A program made the position numbers and the translations under genes. From positions 1 to 59,985 of the forward strand of contig JBKCVM010000019.1 in assembly GCA_046317855.1 (NCBI GenBank): a stretch of 59,985 nucleotides of DNA, written 5' to 3'. Below the pieces are notes generated by a model. It saw nothing but the letters and a program-made list of their open reading frames with translations, had not been told where the DNA came from and searched no databases. Below are positions 26,746 through 35,905 of this stretch, in pieces. Positions within the stretch are counted from its first letter, which is position 1. Each line of letters begins with the position of its first letter. The stretch is from Oligoflexia bacterium. GTDB taxonomy: Bacteria > Bdellovibrionota > UBA1018.

Positions 26746-26771
26746 GGCGTCTTTGCCTCAACCTAAGACCC

Positions 26772-27647
26772 GTGACCCAAGCCCCCCAGATCACTCGGAT
26801 TTCAACCGCCCCCCTGCTCAAACTTTTGACAGTAGCAGCCCTCGCTGCAGCCACCGCCCTACTGGGTTCGAAACTCCGAACCTCCGACACCGCCTGGATT
26901 GAGCCGCCCGCCCACATTGAGCAGGAGCTCGACCCCAAGCTTATAGAGATCGCAAGCCTGGGCCACCTGCCCTCGTGGGTCGATGCAGTGCTGATCAGAA
27001 GCTTTGCAGACCCGGCCTACGACCCCGTTTTGCCCGGCACGCATCCGCCCCTCTACTACGAGCTCAAGCTAGCTACTGCACTCGATCCCTATTTTTATGA
27101 ACTTTACTACTACGGTGCCTCGATCCTTTCGATCATTAGGAGAGATGGGGCCGGAGCTGCAGAGCTCCTCGAGCGTGCGCACAACCAAATCCAAAGCGGG
27201 GCTTTCCAAGAACAAGGCTGGCAGCTTGAACTGTTTCGAGGCTACAACGCACTCTTTGAGCTCCAAGACGGAGCCACCGCAGCCCAGGCATTTGAAACTG
27301 CAGCCAGGCTTCCTCACTCACCGCCCTATATCAAAACCCTCGCCCAATCGCTCACGACACCCGAAGGTCGCTATGTGGCTGCCCGCAGGTCTTTTGAGAC
27401 TTTGCTGAAGATAAAAAACGACCCAGAAACTCAGCGCATCTTAGAAGAACGAAACCAAGCCCTAGAAACCTCTGAGCGGCTTTACAAAATCAACCAGGCT
27501 TTTCTGGAATGGCTTGGAAAAAGAAAACCCGACGCACAGCTTTTTGACCGCTTTCGGGGATCAGGCTACGCGGAGTTGCGCTGGGACGAGGCGCAGGGCC
27601 GAGTCGAGACGATTGCCCCACGGCAAGAGCTCAAAGGCTTCTACTGA
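26772..27647 (+). CDS. pilG: PilG-like (deltaproteobacterial type) TPR protein
   Basis: N-terminal TM; LATALDPYFYELYYYGASILS and GYNALFEL...AAQAFETAARLP resemble Myxococcus/Bdellovibrio PilG; adjacent to pilA. Confidence 0.65.
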   Translation: MTQAPQITRISTAPLLKLLTVAALAAATALLGSKLRTSDTAWIEPPAHIEQELDPKLIEIASLGHLPSWVDAVLIRSFADPAYDPVLPGTHPPLYYELKLATALDPYFYELYYYGASILSIIRRDGAGAAELLERAHNQIQSGAFQEQGWQLELFRGYNALFELQDGATAAQAFETAARLPHSPPYIKTLAQSLTTPEGRYVAARRSFETLLKIKNDPETQRILEERNQALETSERLYKINQAFLEWLGKRKPDAQLFDRFRGSGYAELRWDEAQGRVETIAPRQELKGFY

Positions 27648-28591
27648 TTTTTAGAAATCCTGGCACGCGGCACCTGCAGCAACCGCGCGGCCTGATCCTG
27701 ACTGCCCTTTGAGAGAGCAAGCGCGCGTAGAACCATCTCACGCTCGACACGGGCCAAAAAAGTTTCAAGAGACACTGGTCCCCTCGAGAGATCCGGAAAC
27801 TCCACTCCCGCACTCGGAGCCCCCTTTCCAGAGGGTTCATCCATCCTGAGCGCGCCCTCGAGCGAGGCTTGAGTGATTTCTGTTCCGGACTCAAAGGCCA
27901 CAGCACGTTCGATGGTGTTCTCAAGCTCTCTAATGTTTCCAGGCCAGCGGTGCGATTCTAGCAACTTCAGCGCAGCGGCATCAATCGTCATCGTCTCTTT
28001 TGAAAATTTCTCGGCAAACTTTTTCACAAAGTGCCGAGCAAGCAACGCGACATCTCCCTTTCGGTCTCGGAGTGCAGGAGTTTCAAGCATGATTACATTG
28101 AGCCGGTAATACAGGTCTTCTCTAAAGGTCCCCTTTTTGATCGCAGCCTCCAGATTTCGGTTGGTAGCCGCAACGATGCGCACATCGAGCTTGATATCTT
28201 CGTTACCTCCGACCCTCCGGATTACCCTTTCTTGAAGCGCTCGTAGCAACTTGACCTGCATCGGGAGAGGAAGCTCACCGATCTCATCAAGAAAAAGAGT
28301 TCCCCCATTTGCGACCTCAAAGAGTCCCGGCTTGTCTGCCACGGCTCCGGTAAAGCTGCCTTTCTTATGTCCAAAGAGCTCACTCTCAATGAGATTTTCA
28401 GGAATAGCGCCGCAATTCACGGCCACAAAGGGTTTAGCTTTGAGAGGACTCTGGTCGTGTAGCTCGCGGGCTACCAGCTCCTTGCCCGTACCGCTCTCAC
28501 CAATAATGAGAACACTTGAGCGAGTCGGAGCCACCCTTTCAATCAAACCTCTCAAGGTTTCGACTGCTTTTGACCTTCCAAGAATCCGCAC
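27641..28591 (-). CDS. pilR: PilR-like sigma54 activator lacking a receiver domain, HTH shortened
   Basis: GTG 28591 with a GGAG SD lies 1 nt after the pilC stop. GESGTGKE, GSFTGA, LFLDEIGE, FREDLYYRLNV and WPGNIRELEN are present; the protein begins at the linker that normally follows REC. Confidence 0.85.
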   Translation of the reverse strand: MRILGRSKAVETLRGLIERVAPTRSSVLIIGESGTGKELVARELHDQSPLKAKPFVAVNCGAIPENLIESELFGHKKGSFTGAVADKPGLFEVANGGTLFLDEIGELPLPMQVKLLRALQERVIRRVGGNEDIKLDVRIVAATNRNLEAAIKKGTFREDLYYRLNVIMLETPALRDRKGDVALLARHFVKKFAEKFSKETMTIDAAALKLLESHRWPGNIRELENTIERAVAFESGTEITQASLEGALRMDEPSGKGAPSAGVEFPDLSRGPVSLETFLARVEREMVLRALALSKGSQDQAARLLQVPRARISKNQ

Positions 28592-28592
28592 T

Positions 28593-29831
28593 TTAGACTC
28601 CGCCTGCCATCTTAAACATGGGCAGATACATCGCAATGAGCATGCCGGCTACCGTCCCCCCCAAAACCACGAGAATGATCGGTTCAATGAGCTTACCCAT
28701 CGCATTCACTACGGACTCTACTTCAGCCTCGTAAAAGTCAGCCACCTTCTCGAGCATTTTGTCGAGATTACCCGTAGCCTCTCCGACCCCGATCATCTGT
28801 ACCGCCATACGCGGAAACACACTCATTCCAGAAACAACCGCACCCAGGGTCTTGCCGACTTCAACCTCACCCCGAATTCTGGCAACCGATTGTGCGACCA
28901 CACTGCTATCGATCGTGTTTTTGCAGATCTCAACGGCGTCAACGAGATTGACGCCGGCAGCAAGCAGCGTCTGCATGGTTCTCGAAAATGCTGCAATACT
29001 ACTCTTCTGAATCAAGTCGCCAAAAAGCGGCAGACTAAACAAAAATCGGTCAAAAACCATTTTGCCCTCAGGGGTCTTGATAAACCTGTAAAAACTGAAC
29101 CCTAGGACCAACAGGCCACCCAACAGCGGCACAAAATGAGCTCCCAAAAAATGGGACGCATTGATCACGATTTGAGTAGGCAGGGGCAAACTCTCACCTT
29201 GGGCAGCGATCATGGCCTCAAACTTAGGGATAATAAAGACGAGCATCCCTACCACGATCACCAATCCCACCACGCTTACGACGGCAGGATACATGAGTGC
29301 GCCCACGACCATCTTACGCAAACGGTCGGTATCCTCAAGATACCTAGAAAGCCTCTTCAGCACGGTCTCGAGTGAACCTGAGGACTCTCCGGCTCTCACG
29401 AGAGAAACATAAATTTTTGAAAACCCCTTAGGATAGATCGAAAGGGCTTCCCAAAAAAAAGAGCCCTGATTCACCCGATCCCGAACATCCGTAAGGATTT
29501 GTTTCAAACCAGTATCGATCGTCTGCTCCGCTAAAATATCAAGCGCTTGAACCAGTGGAATACCCGCGCTGATCATCACTTGGAGTTGACGGGTAAAAAG
29601 AATCTTCTGCTTGAGGTTGAGTCCAGGCTGAGCAACCTGGGTCGAAAGGGTCAGAGTGAGGCCCCGCTTAATCCCAGAGCGGGTCTCCCCTCCCCGTTTT
29701 TTAGCAATACGTGTGGGTCGCACGCCTTGTTGGCGCAGACTCACCCGCACATCTCCCTCAGCTGGGGCGGTGATCGTGCCTGTGACTCTTTTTCCGGAGC
29801 GATCGACACCCTGATATTCAAAATCTGCCAT
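28593..29831 (-). CDS. pilC: type IV pilus inner-membrane platform protein
   Basis: FTRQLQVMISAGIPL, RAGESSGSLE, ALMYP, MIGVGEATGNLDKML, IAMYLPMF. Confidence 0.96.
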   Translation of the reverse strand: MADFEYQGVDRSGKRVTGTITAPAEGDVRVSLRQQGVRPTRIAKKRGGETRSGIKRGLTLTLSTQVAQPGLNLKQKILFTRQLQVMISAGIPLVQALDILAEQTIDTGLKQILTDVRDRVNQGSFFWEALSIYPKGFSKIYVSLVRAGESSGSLETVLKRLSRYLEDTDRLRKMVVGALMYPAVVSVVGLVIVVGMLVFIIPKFEAMIAAQGESLPLPTQIVINASHFLGAHFVPLLGGLLVLGFSFYRFIKTPEGKMVFDRFLFSLPLFGDLIQKSSIAAFSRTMQTLLAAGVNLVDAVEICKNTIDSSVVAQSVARIRGEVEVGKTLGAVVSGMSVFPRMAVQMIGVGEATGNLDKMLEKVADFYEAEVESVVNAMGKLIEPIILVVLGGTVAGMLIAMYLPMFKMAGGV

Positions 29832-29836
29832 TCATC

Positions 29837-30916
29837 TCACCCGGGCAGTGTCAGAAGCGTTTTTGAAAGCTCATCCGGCATGTACGAATGCTCGAGAGCC
29901 GCAGTCTTGCTCAGGGCCCCGCTCCGAACGAGCTGAACTAGACTCTGGTTCATGGTCAGCATCCCGCTCTCTTCTTGCCCAGACTGCATGGCGCTGTAGA
30001 TCTGGTGCAACTTGTCCTCACGAATCAGATTTCGAATGGCCATGTTGGGGACCATGACCTCAACTGCAGCCACTCGTCCCCCACCCTGCGTTCGAGGAAT
30101 CAGTTGCTGCGACACAATGCCCTGCAAGGTAAACGAAAGAAGCTGCCTGATCTGCGGCTGCTGGTGGGCCGGAAACACATTGATGATTCGGTTCACAGTC
30201 TGCACGGTGCTATTGGTATGAAGGGTCGCAAAAACCAAGTGCCCGGTCTCAGCCATCGTGAGAGCCATCTCAATCGTTTCAACGTCTCGAAGCTCCCCAA
30301 CCAGAACGAAATCAGGATCCTGTCTTAAGGCACGCTTGAGCGCTGCAGAAAAGCTTCGGGTATCTACTCCCACCTCGCGCTGATTGACCACGCATGACTT
30401 ATGCTGATGAATGAACTCGATCGGATCTTCAATGGTCAAGATATGCCCGTACTCTTCTCGATTCAAAATATCGAGCATCGCCGCGAGGGTGGTCGACTTA
30501 CCAGAACCTGTTGGTCCAGTCACCAGAACCAATCCGTTAGGGCGACGAATCACCTTTTTAAGCACTTGCGGCAAATTCAAAGAGTCAAAATCTGGGATTT
30601 GAAACGGAATCCGACGAAACACGCCAGCAATACCGCCCCGCTGATAGAAATAGTTTGCCCTAAAGCGCGCAATCTCTTTGATCCCAAAAGAAAAGTCGAT
30701 CTCCAGATTCTTTTCGAACTCTGCCTTCTGGGCGTCGGTCAGAACCGAGTAACACATCTCTTTTGTGTCCTGCGGGGTCAGGGCATCAGTCCTGACTTTG
30801 ACCATTCGACCCATGATTCTAAACTCGGGCGGAACCCCCACGGTGATATGCAAGTCAGAAGCATCTTGCTCGACCATGGCTCGCAAGTAGGACGAAATTC
30901 CAATCTTCTGGGTCAT
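29837..30916 (-). CDS. pilT: type IV pilus retraction ATPase
   Basis: ASDLH, GPTGSGKST, TIEDPIE, ALRQDPD, AETGHLVFATLHT, AIRNLIRE motif. Confidence 0.97.
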   Translation of the reverse strand: MTQKIGISSYLRAMVEQDASDLHITVGVPPEFRIMGRMVKVRTDALTPQDTKEMCYSVLTDAQKAEFEKNLEIDFSFGIKEIARFRANYFYQRGGIAGVFRRIPFQIPDFDSLNLPQVLKKVIRRPNGLVLVTGPTGSGKSTTLAAMLDILNREEYGHILTIEDPIEFIHQHKSCVVNQREVGVDTRSFSAALKRALRQDPDFVLVGELRDVETIEMALTMAETGHLVFATLHTNSTVQTVNRIINVFPAHQQPQIRQLLSFTLQGIVSQQLIPRTQGGGRVAAVEVMVPNMAIRNLIREDKLHQIYSAMQSGQEESGMLTMNQSLVQLVRSGALSKTAALEHSYMPDELSKTLLTLPG

Positions 30917-30950
30917 ACTTTCTCCTTTCTTGGCCTTGGCCTGGGTAGCA

Positions 30951-32654
30951 TCAAGACTCCATTGTGAGAGCCAACGCTTCCTCGAGCGTGGTACGTCCCT
31001 CAGCCACGCGTCCCAGGGCAGAGGCTCGCAAGGAACGCATTCCCTCAGTCAGTGCTTGCTTTCTCAGCTCAATCACCGACGCTCCCCGAAGCACCATTTC
31101 TTTTAACGTGGTCGAGAAATCGAGAACCTCATAAACCGCAATTCGGCCTTTGTAGCCCGAGTTATTACATTTTGAGCAGCCTCGACCCTTCATCGCCGTT
31201 GCACGACTAGCCTCATCCCGACTCATGCCAAGCTCCAGCAACTTTTCTACTGGGATCGTCACAGGGGCCTTACAGCTTGAACAGACCGTGCGCAGCAGCC
31301 GCTGCGCAACTACAGTGTTGAGTGCAGAAACTACGAGAAAGGGCTCAACACCCATGTTCATTAACCGAGTGATGGTACTGGGAGCATCATTGGTGTGTAA
31401 GGTCGAAAGCACCAGATGTCCCGTCAGTGCGGCTTGAATCGCTACTTCTGCCGTCTCGTAGTCACGAATCTCACCGACGAGTACGGTGTCCGGATCCTGG
31501 CGCAGCAGAGTTCTCAGAACCGCTGCGAAAGTAAGTCCGATATCTTTATTGGTCTGAACTTGGTTGATGCCCTCGAGATTGTATTCGACCGGATCCTCGA
31601 CAGTAGAGATGTTGTCCTGAACCGTATTGAGCTCTGAAAGTGCAGAATACAGCGTTGTTGTCTTACCGCTCCCCGTCGGGCCGGTCACTAAGACCATCCC
31701 ATTTGCCGAGTAAATGCCCTTCTTAAAGACCTCGAGCTGCTTGGATTCAAAACCTAGCTTCTTTAAATCCAACTGAAGGCTGCTCTTATTGAGCATACGC
31801 AGCACCACTTTTTCACCAAACAGAGTGGGCATCGAACTCACACGAAAGTCTACTTCTGTTCCGCCCACTTTGAGTTTGATGCGACCGTCCTGAGGGATGC
31901 GCGACTCCGCAATATCCATTCTGGACATGACCTTGAGCCGCGCCACTACCGCACGCTTCATTTCTAAAGGGACTTGAGAAACCTCAACCAGTGCGCCGTC
32001 GACGCGCATGCGTACCCTAAATCGTTTTTCATAGGGCTCGACATGAATATCACTGGCCATTCGACGAATCCCCTCGGCCAAGATGCTATTCACAAAGGCG
32101 ATCACGGGGCCATCGATGTCGCGATTTTCATCGATGTCATGGACTTGCACCTGCTCAATCACCAGTCCTTCGGTCTCGGCAGAGGTCTTGAGATCTTTTT
32201 TGAAGTTTTCAATAGCCGCACCCGCCAGAGATGCAGCTCCGTAGTACCGACTCATCGCTGAATCAAAGGCTGAAACAGAAGTCAGTACGAGCTCGACAGT
32301 GAGCTTGGTCGCAAACTTTACCTCTTCGATCTTTGATGCCTGAGTGGGATCCCAGGTAGCCATCACCAGGATGCCCTGGTTGGACTGAATCGGAATGGCA
32401 CCCACTTTGCGAGCCAGATCGGGAGGAACGAGCCTAAGCACTTCGGACGCCACTTCAAACTTGGCAAGATTGATGCTGGGAAGGCCGAACTTCTGGCTGA
32501 GATAGTGAAGCAATCGCACTTCGTCGACGACTTTAGCGTCGATCAAATGCTTGATGTGATCTTTGCCACCTTTACTGGCCTCGACCGCATCATTGAGCTG
32601 CGCTGCAGTAATGATCCGATCATTAGCCAAAAGCTGCGCAAGTGCGCGCGACAT
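30951..32654 (-). CDS. pilB: type IV pilus extension ATPase
   Basis: ASDIHVEP, PQDGR, GPTGSGKTT, VEDPVE, LRQDPD, tetracysteine CSSC...CSKC, GYKGR. Confidence 0.97.
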   Translation of the reverse strand: MSRALAQLLANDRIITAAQLNDAVEASKGGKDHIKHLIDAKVVDEVRLLHYLSQKFGLPSINLAKFEVASEVLRLVPPDLARKVGAIPIQSNQGILVMATWDPTQASKIEEVKFATKLTVELVLTSVSAFDSAMSRYYGAASLAGAAIENFKKDLKTSAETEGLVIEQVQVHDIDENRDIDGPVIAFVNSILAEGIRRMASDIHVEPYEKRFRVRMRVDGALVEVSQVPLEMKRAVVARLKVMSRMDIAESRIPQDGRIKLKVGGTEVDFRVSSMPTLFGEKVVLRMLNKSSLQLDLKKLGFESKQLEVFKKGIYSANGMVLVTGPTGSGKTTTLYSALSELNTVQDNISTVEDPVEYNLEGINQVQTNKDIGLTFAAVLRTLLRQDPDTVLVGEIRDYETAEVAIQAALTGHLVLSTLHTNDAPSTITRLMNMGVEPFLVVSALNTVVAQRLLRTVCSSCKAPVTIPVEKLLELGMSRDEASRATAMKGRGCSKCNNSGYKGRIAVYEVLDFSTTLKEMVLRGASVIELRKQALTEGMRSLRASALGRVAEGRTTLEEALALTMES

Positions 32655-32674
32655 AATAGAGATTCCTCTATCCG

Positions 32675-32703
32675 AGTCTGAGTGGGACAGAAGCCGAAGT
32701 CAA
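32675..32703 (-). promoter_or_regulatory. candidate sigma70 promoter for pilBTC
   Basis: TTGACT-N17-CAGACT upstream of the GAGG SD of pilB. Confidence 0.45.
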
Positions 32704-32707
32704 CGAG

Positions 32708-33625
32708 TCAGCAGAATGGATTGAGTACACCGCCAAGAATCTGTCGAGCGCGCCCAATATCCTCAGCGATTTGAGAAGTGAGCTCTTCGGGGCTCGCAAA
32801 TTTTCTTTCTTCTCGGATCCGCTCAAAAAATTCGACGCGGAGGTTCTTGCCGTACAGCGCGTCCGGAGCCCAGCTCCCTTGAAGCAAATGAGTCTCCGCC
32901 AAAATTCCAGCGGAGGCCGATTTAAAGGTGGGACGAACCCCCACATTTGTGATGCTCGCAAACCGAGCACCCTCCACTTCAGAGACAGTGGCATAGACAC
33001 CAGGCGGCAGCACCAGTTTTGATCCGAGCTCTAGGTTTGCCGTCGGAAACCCCAGACTCCTGCCCCGTTGATCTCCCCGCAGCACCGGACCTGCATAAAA
33101 AAAGGGCGCACCCATCCACTTTGCAGCATCTGCAACCAGGCCCTGCCTGAGCGCAGAGCGAATCGAAGAGCTACTCACCACTTCTTGATCGAGACGTCTC
33201 GGCGCCACCACGGTCAATCTAACCCCTGCCTCATCGCAAAGCGACTGAAGCACTTGAAGATGACCTGAGCGCTCTTTGCCGAAAGTGAAGTCATAGCCCA
33301 CCACAATGGCTCGTGCCGCAAGGTGGCCAAGCAACTGATTCTGAAAAAACTGCTCTGGTGTAGTGCTGGAAAAGATCAGGTCAAATTTCTGTTCTACCAC
33401 TCGCGAGAGCCCCAGAGTGACCAACTTTTGGAGCTTTTCTTCATATGTCAAAAGAAGCTCTGGTGCCCGATCAGGACGCAGCACACTTTGCGGGTGCGGT
33501 CGAAACGTGAAAGCTACGGCCTCAAGCCCATCCGCTCGAGCCTGGTCAATCGTGATGCGTACAATCTCCTGGTGCCCTAAGTGGACGCCATCAAAGTTAC
33601 CGACAGTCACGACCGTTCCTGGCAC
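32708..33625 (-). CDS. ribF: bifunctional riboflavin kinase/FAD synthetase
   Basis: GNFDGVHLGH, VVGYDFTFG, VSSSSIR, GFPTAN, NVGVRPTF, ETHL. Confidence 0.96.
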   Translation of the reverse strand: MPGTVVTVGNFDGVHLGHQEIVRITIDQARADGLEAVAFTFRPHPQSVLRPDRAPELLLTYEEKLQKLVTLGLSRVVEQKFDLIFSSTTPEQFFQNQLLGHLAARAIVVGYDFTFGKERSGHLQVLQSLCDEAGVRLTVVAPRRLDQEVVSSSSIRSALRQGLVADAAKWMGAPFFYAGPVLRGDQRGRSLGFPTANLELGSKLVLPPGVYATVSEVEGARFASITNVGVRPTFKSASAGILAETHLLQGSWAPDALYGKNLRVEFFERIREERKFASPEELTSQIAEDIGRARQILGGVLNPFC

Positions 33626-33637
33626 CTGGACGATCCC

Positions 33638-35869
33638 TCAAGAAATAAAAAGCATCTCGCGATACTTTGGCAGCGGCCAAAACTCATCCGCCACGCATCC
33701 TTCGAGCTCGTCGCAAGCACGCCTGAGCTCTGCCATTGCGATTGATACTGGACCAGCCAATGCCTTCGCTTTTTCTTCTTCGGAGCTGCGAATTTCTGCG
33801 TCATGAAAAGACTTTTCAAGCGCCTTTTTTTTCTGCCCGAGCGACTGAACCAAAGCCCCTACCTGTTGGAGAGCCTCCACCTGAGGCGCTTCAACGCCCG
33901 CCGCTTTGGCCTGCGCCACCTGCTCGGCAAGCCTTCCATGATAGGCGTATCCTGCCGGCAGGATCTGCGTATCGACCATCTGTCTCAGCGTATCCACTTC
34001 GATCTGAAGATTCTTCACAAATCGCTCTAACCTGACGTGGAGCCTGGACTGAAGCTCAGGTTCACTCAAAACGCCCAAACTTGAAAAGAGCTTGCGCGAT
34101 TCAGGGGTACCCAGCTGAGCTAGCGCTTCAGGCGTCTTCTTGAGATTCAATAGCCCACGACTCTGAGCTTGGCGCACCCACTCCTCACTGTAGCCATTTC
34201 CCTCAAAGCGGACTGCTTTGGTTTCAGTGACTACCTCACGGATCAACTCGACAAGCGCCGCCTCGCGCCCCTTACCTGAAGCCAACTTGGCTTTCAGCCT
34301 CTCGCTCATTTGCGCCATCCCATAAGCGGCAACACTGTTGAGAACAGTGACCGGGAACGCCGGCGACGCAGACGAACCTACGGCCCGAAACTCAAACTTA
34401 TTTCCGGTGAAAGCAAAAGGCGAAGTTCGATTGCGGTCCGTATTGTCGCGCATCACGGCCGGGAGCTTGCTCACTCCCAACTGAATCAGCGCAGCCTCAG
34501 TGCCTCGTTCGCTGACTGCGCCTTTTTCAATCTCATCGAGAATTTTAGAGAGGAGATCCCCTAGAAAAATAGAAATGATTGCCGGGGGAGCCTCGTTAGC
34601 TCCCAAGCGATGATCATTTCCGGACGAGGCAATGGCTGCTCTCAGTAAACCAGCATGGTCGTGCACACCCTTCAGTACGGAGGCGAGCACAGTCAAAAAT
34701 CGCAGATTCTCGTGAGGGGTCTTGCCTGGATCCAGAAGATTCTCACCATCAAGCTCAGTGGAGCTTACCGCAACACTGATCGACCAGTTGCAGTGCTTGC
34801 CGCTGCCATTTACTCCGGCAAACGGCTTTTCGTGCAAGAGAACTTGATAGTGATGCCGGATCGCCACTTTACGTAAAACTTCCATCGTCAGCTGGTTATG
34901 ATCTACCGCCACATTGGCTTCTTCGAAGATGGGCGCTGTTTCGTACTGACTGGGGGCCACTTCGTTGTGCCGGGTCTTGGCCGGAACTCCGAGCCGATGC
35001 AGCTCAAGCTCCACTTCGCTCATGAACGCCTGCACCCGAGAAGGAATGCTACCAAAGTAATGGTCCTCAAGCTGCTGACCCTTGGGAGGCTGCCCTCCCA
35101 AAAGCGTTCTACCCGTCATGATCAAATCAGGCCTCAGCGAGGCAAAGGCCCGATCGATCAAAAAGTACTCTTGTTCCACCCCCAGAGTGGGGATGACTCG
35201 TTTCACCCCTTTTTCACCGATGAGATCCAGGAGTTGGCAGGCCTCTCGCGAAAGGGCCTCCATGCTGCGAAGGAGCGCGGTTTTTTCATCGAGCGAGTCG
35301 CCATGATAGCTCAAAAAAACGGACGGAATACAGAGGGTCTTTCCGTTCGTCGACTCCATGATGAAGACCGGGCTGGAGGGGTCCCATGCAGTGTAGCCGC
35401 GCGCTTCGAAGGTGGTGCGCATTCCGCCCGACGGAAAACTCGAAGCATCCGGCTCACTCTGAATCAACTGGGACCCACTAAATTTTTCGATCACCCGATG
35501 CGAATCATCAAAGCTCACAAAAGCATCATGCTTTTCAGCCGTCAGTCCGGTCTGAGGCTGAAACCAGTGACAAAAATGGGTCGCTCCATGTTCCATCGCC
35601 CAATCTTTGATCGCCGCCGCAACCGGGCCCGCAATCTCGGCATCGAGCTTCTTTCCATTCGGGCCTGCCTGGATCGTTGCCACCAGCTTCTGAAAGACGT
35701 CCTTAGGAAGCTTCTGTTTCATCAGGTCCAAATGAAACGTGTTCTGGCCAAAATATTCAGACACCTTGAGCAACCGGCCGGCATCGTCAGCCGGCAAACT
35801 AATCTTACGCGGGCTACGATTCTGAACCGTCTGCAGGGCCTGGCTTCGAGAGTGGAAGGCGTTTTCCAT
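33638..35869 (-). CDS. glnA: glutamine synthetase type III
   Basis: 743 aa. GATHFCHWFQP, EPDASSFPSGG, RGYTAWD, HNEVAPSQYE, EKPFAGVNGSGKHCNWS, RNRTSPFAFTGNKFEFRAVG, WPLPKYREMLF. Confidence 0.96.
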   Translation of the reverse strand: MENAFHSRSQALQTVQNRSPRKISLPADDAGRLLKVSEYFGQNTFHLDLMKQKLPKDVFQKLVATIQAGPNGKKLDAEIAGPVAAAIKDWAMEHGATHFCHWFQPQTGLTAEKHDAFVSFDDSHRVIEKFSGSQLIQSEPDASSFPSGGMRTTFEARGYTAWDPSSPVFIMESTNGKTLCIPSVFLSYHGDSLDEKTALLRSMEALSREACQLLDLIGEKGVKRVIPTLGVEQEYFLIDRAFASLRPDLIMTGRTLLGGQPPKGQQLEDHYFGSIPSRVQAFMSEVELELHRLGVPAKTRHNEVAPSQYETAPIFEEANVAVDHNQLTMEVLRKVAIRHHYQVLLHEKPFAGVNGSGKHCNWSISVAVSSTELDGENLLDPGKTPHENLRFLTVLASVLKGVHDHAGLLRAAIASSGNDHRLGANEAPPAIISIFLGDLLSKILDEIEKGAVSERGTEAALIQLGVSKLPAVMRDNTDRNRTSPFAFTGNKFEFRAVGSSASPAFPVTVLNSVAAYGMAQMSERLKAKLASGKGREAALVELIREVVTETKAVRFEGNGYSEEWVRQAQSRGLLNLKKTPEALAQLGTPESRKLFSSLGVLSEPELQSRLHVRLERFVKNLQIEVDTLRQMVDTQILPAGYAYHGRLAEQVAQAKAAGVEAPQVEALQQVGALVQSLGQKKKALEKSFHDAEIRSSEEEKAKALAGPVSIAMAELRRACDELEGCVADEFWPLPKYREMLFIS

Positions 35870-35876
35870 GCGCCCT

Positions 35877-35905
35877 ACTGTATCGAAGGCTTTTCAAAAA
35901 GGTAA
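35877..35905 (-). promoter_or_regulatory. candidate promoter for glnA (leaderless geometry)
   Basis: TTACCT-N17-TACAGT, then 7 nt to the ATG. Confidence 0.4.

Noticed and set aside
24219-27647. Phase-variable invertible pilin cassette
   Set aside because: No recombinase gene in the window and no inverted repeats found at the pilG or pilH junctions; treated as a fixed rearrangement.
28596-28636. Possibility that the PilR receiver is encoded upstream via a frameshift
   Set aside because: The upstream sequence is the intact pilC C-terminus (IAMYLPMFKMAGGV); no REC-like residues in the other frames.
28251-29105. 284-aa plus-strand ORF antisense to pilR/pilC
   Set aside because: Spans two conserved opposite-strand genes, with no SD or family motifs. 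It is not a hidden pilS (no H-box or HATPase motifs).
34898-35905. 335-aa plus-strand ORF antisense to glnA
   Set aside because: Entirely within a highly conserved gene, with no recognisable motifs; best explained as a shadow ORF from codon bias.
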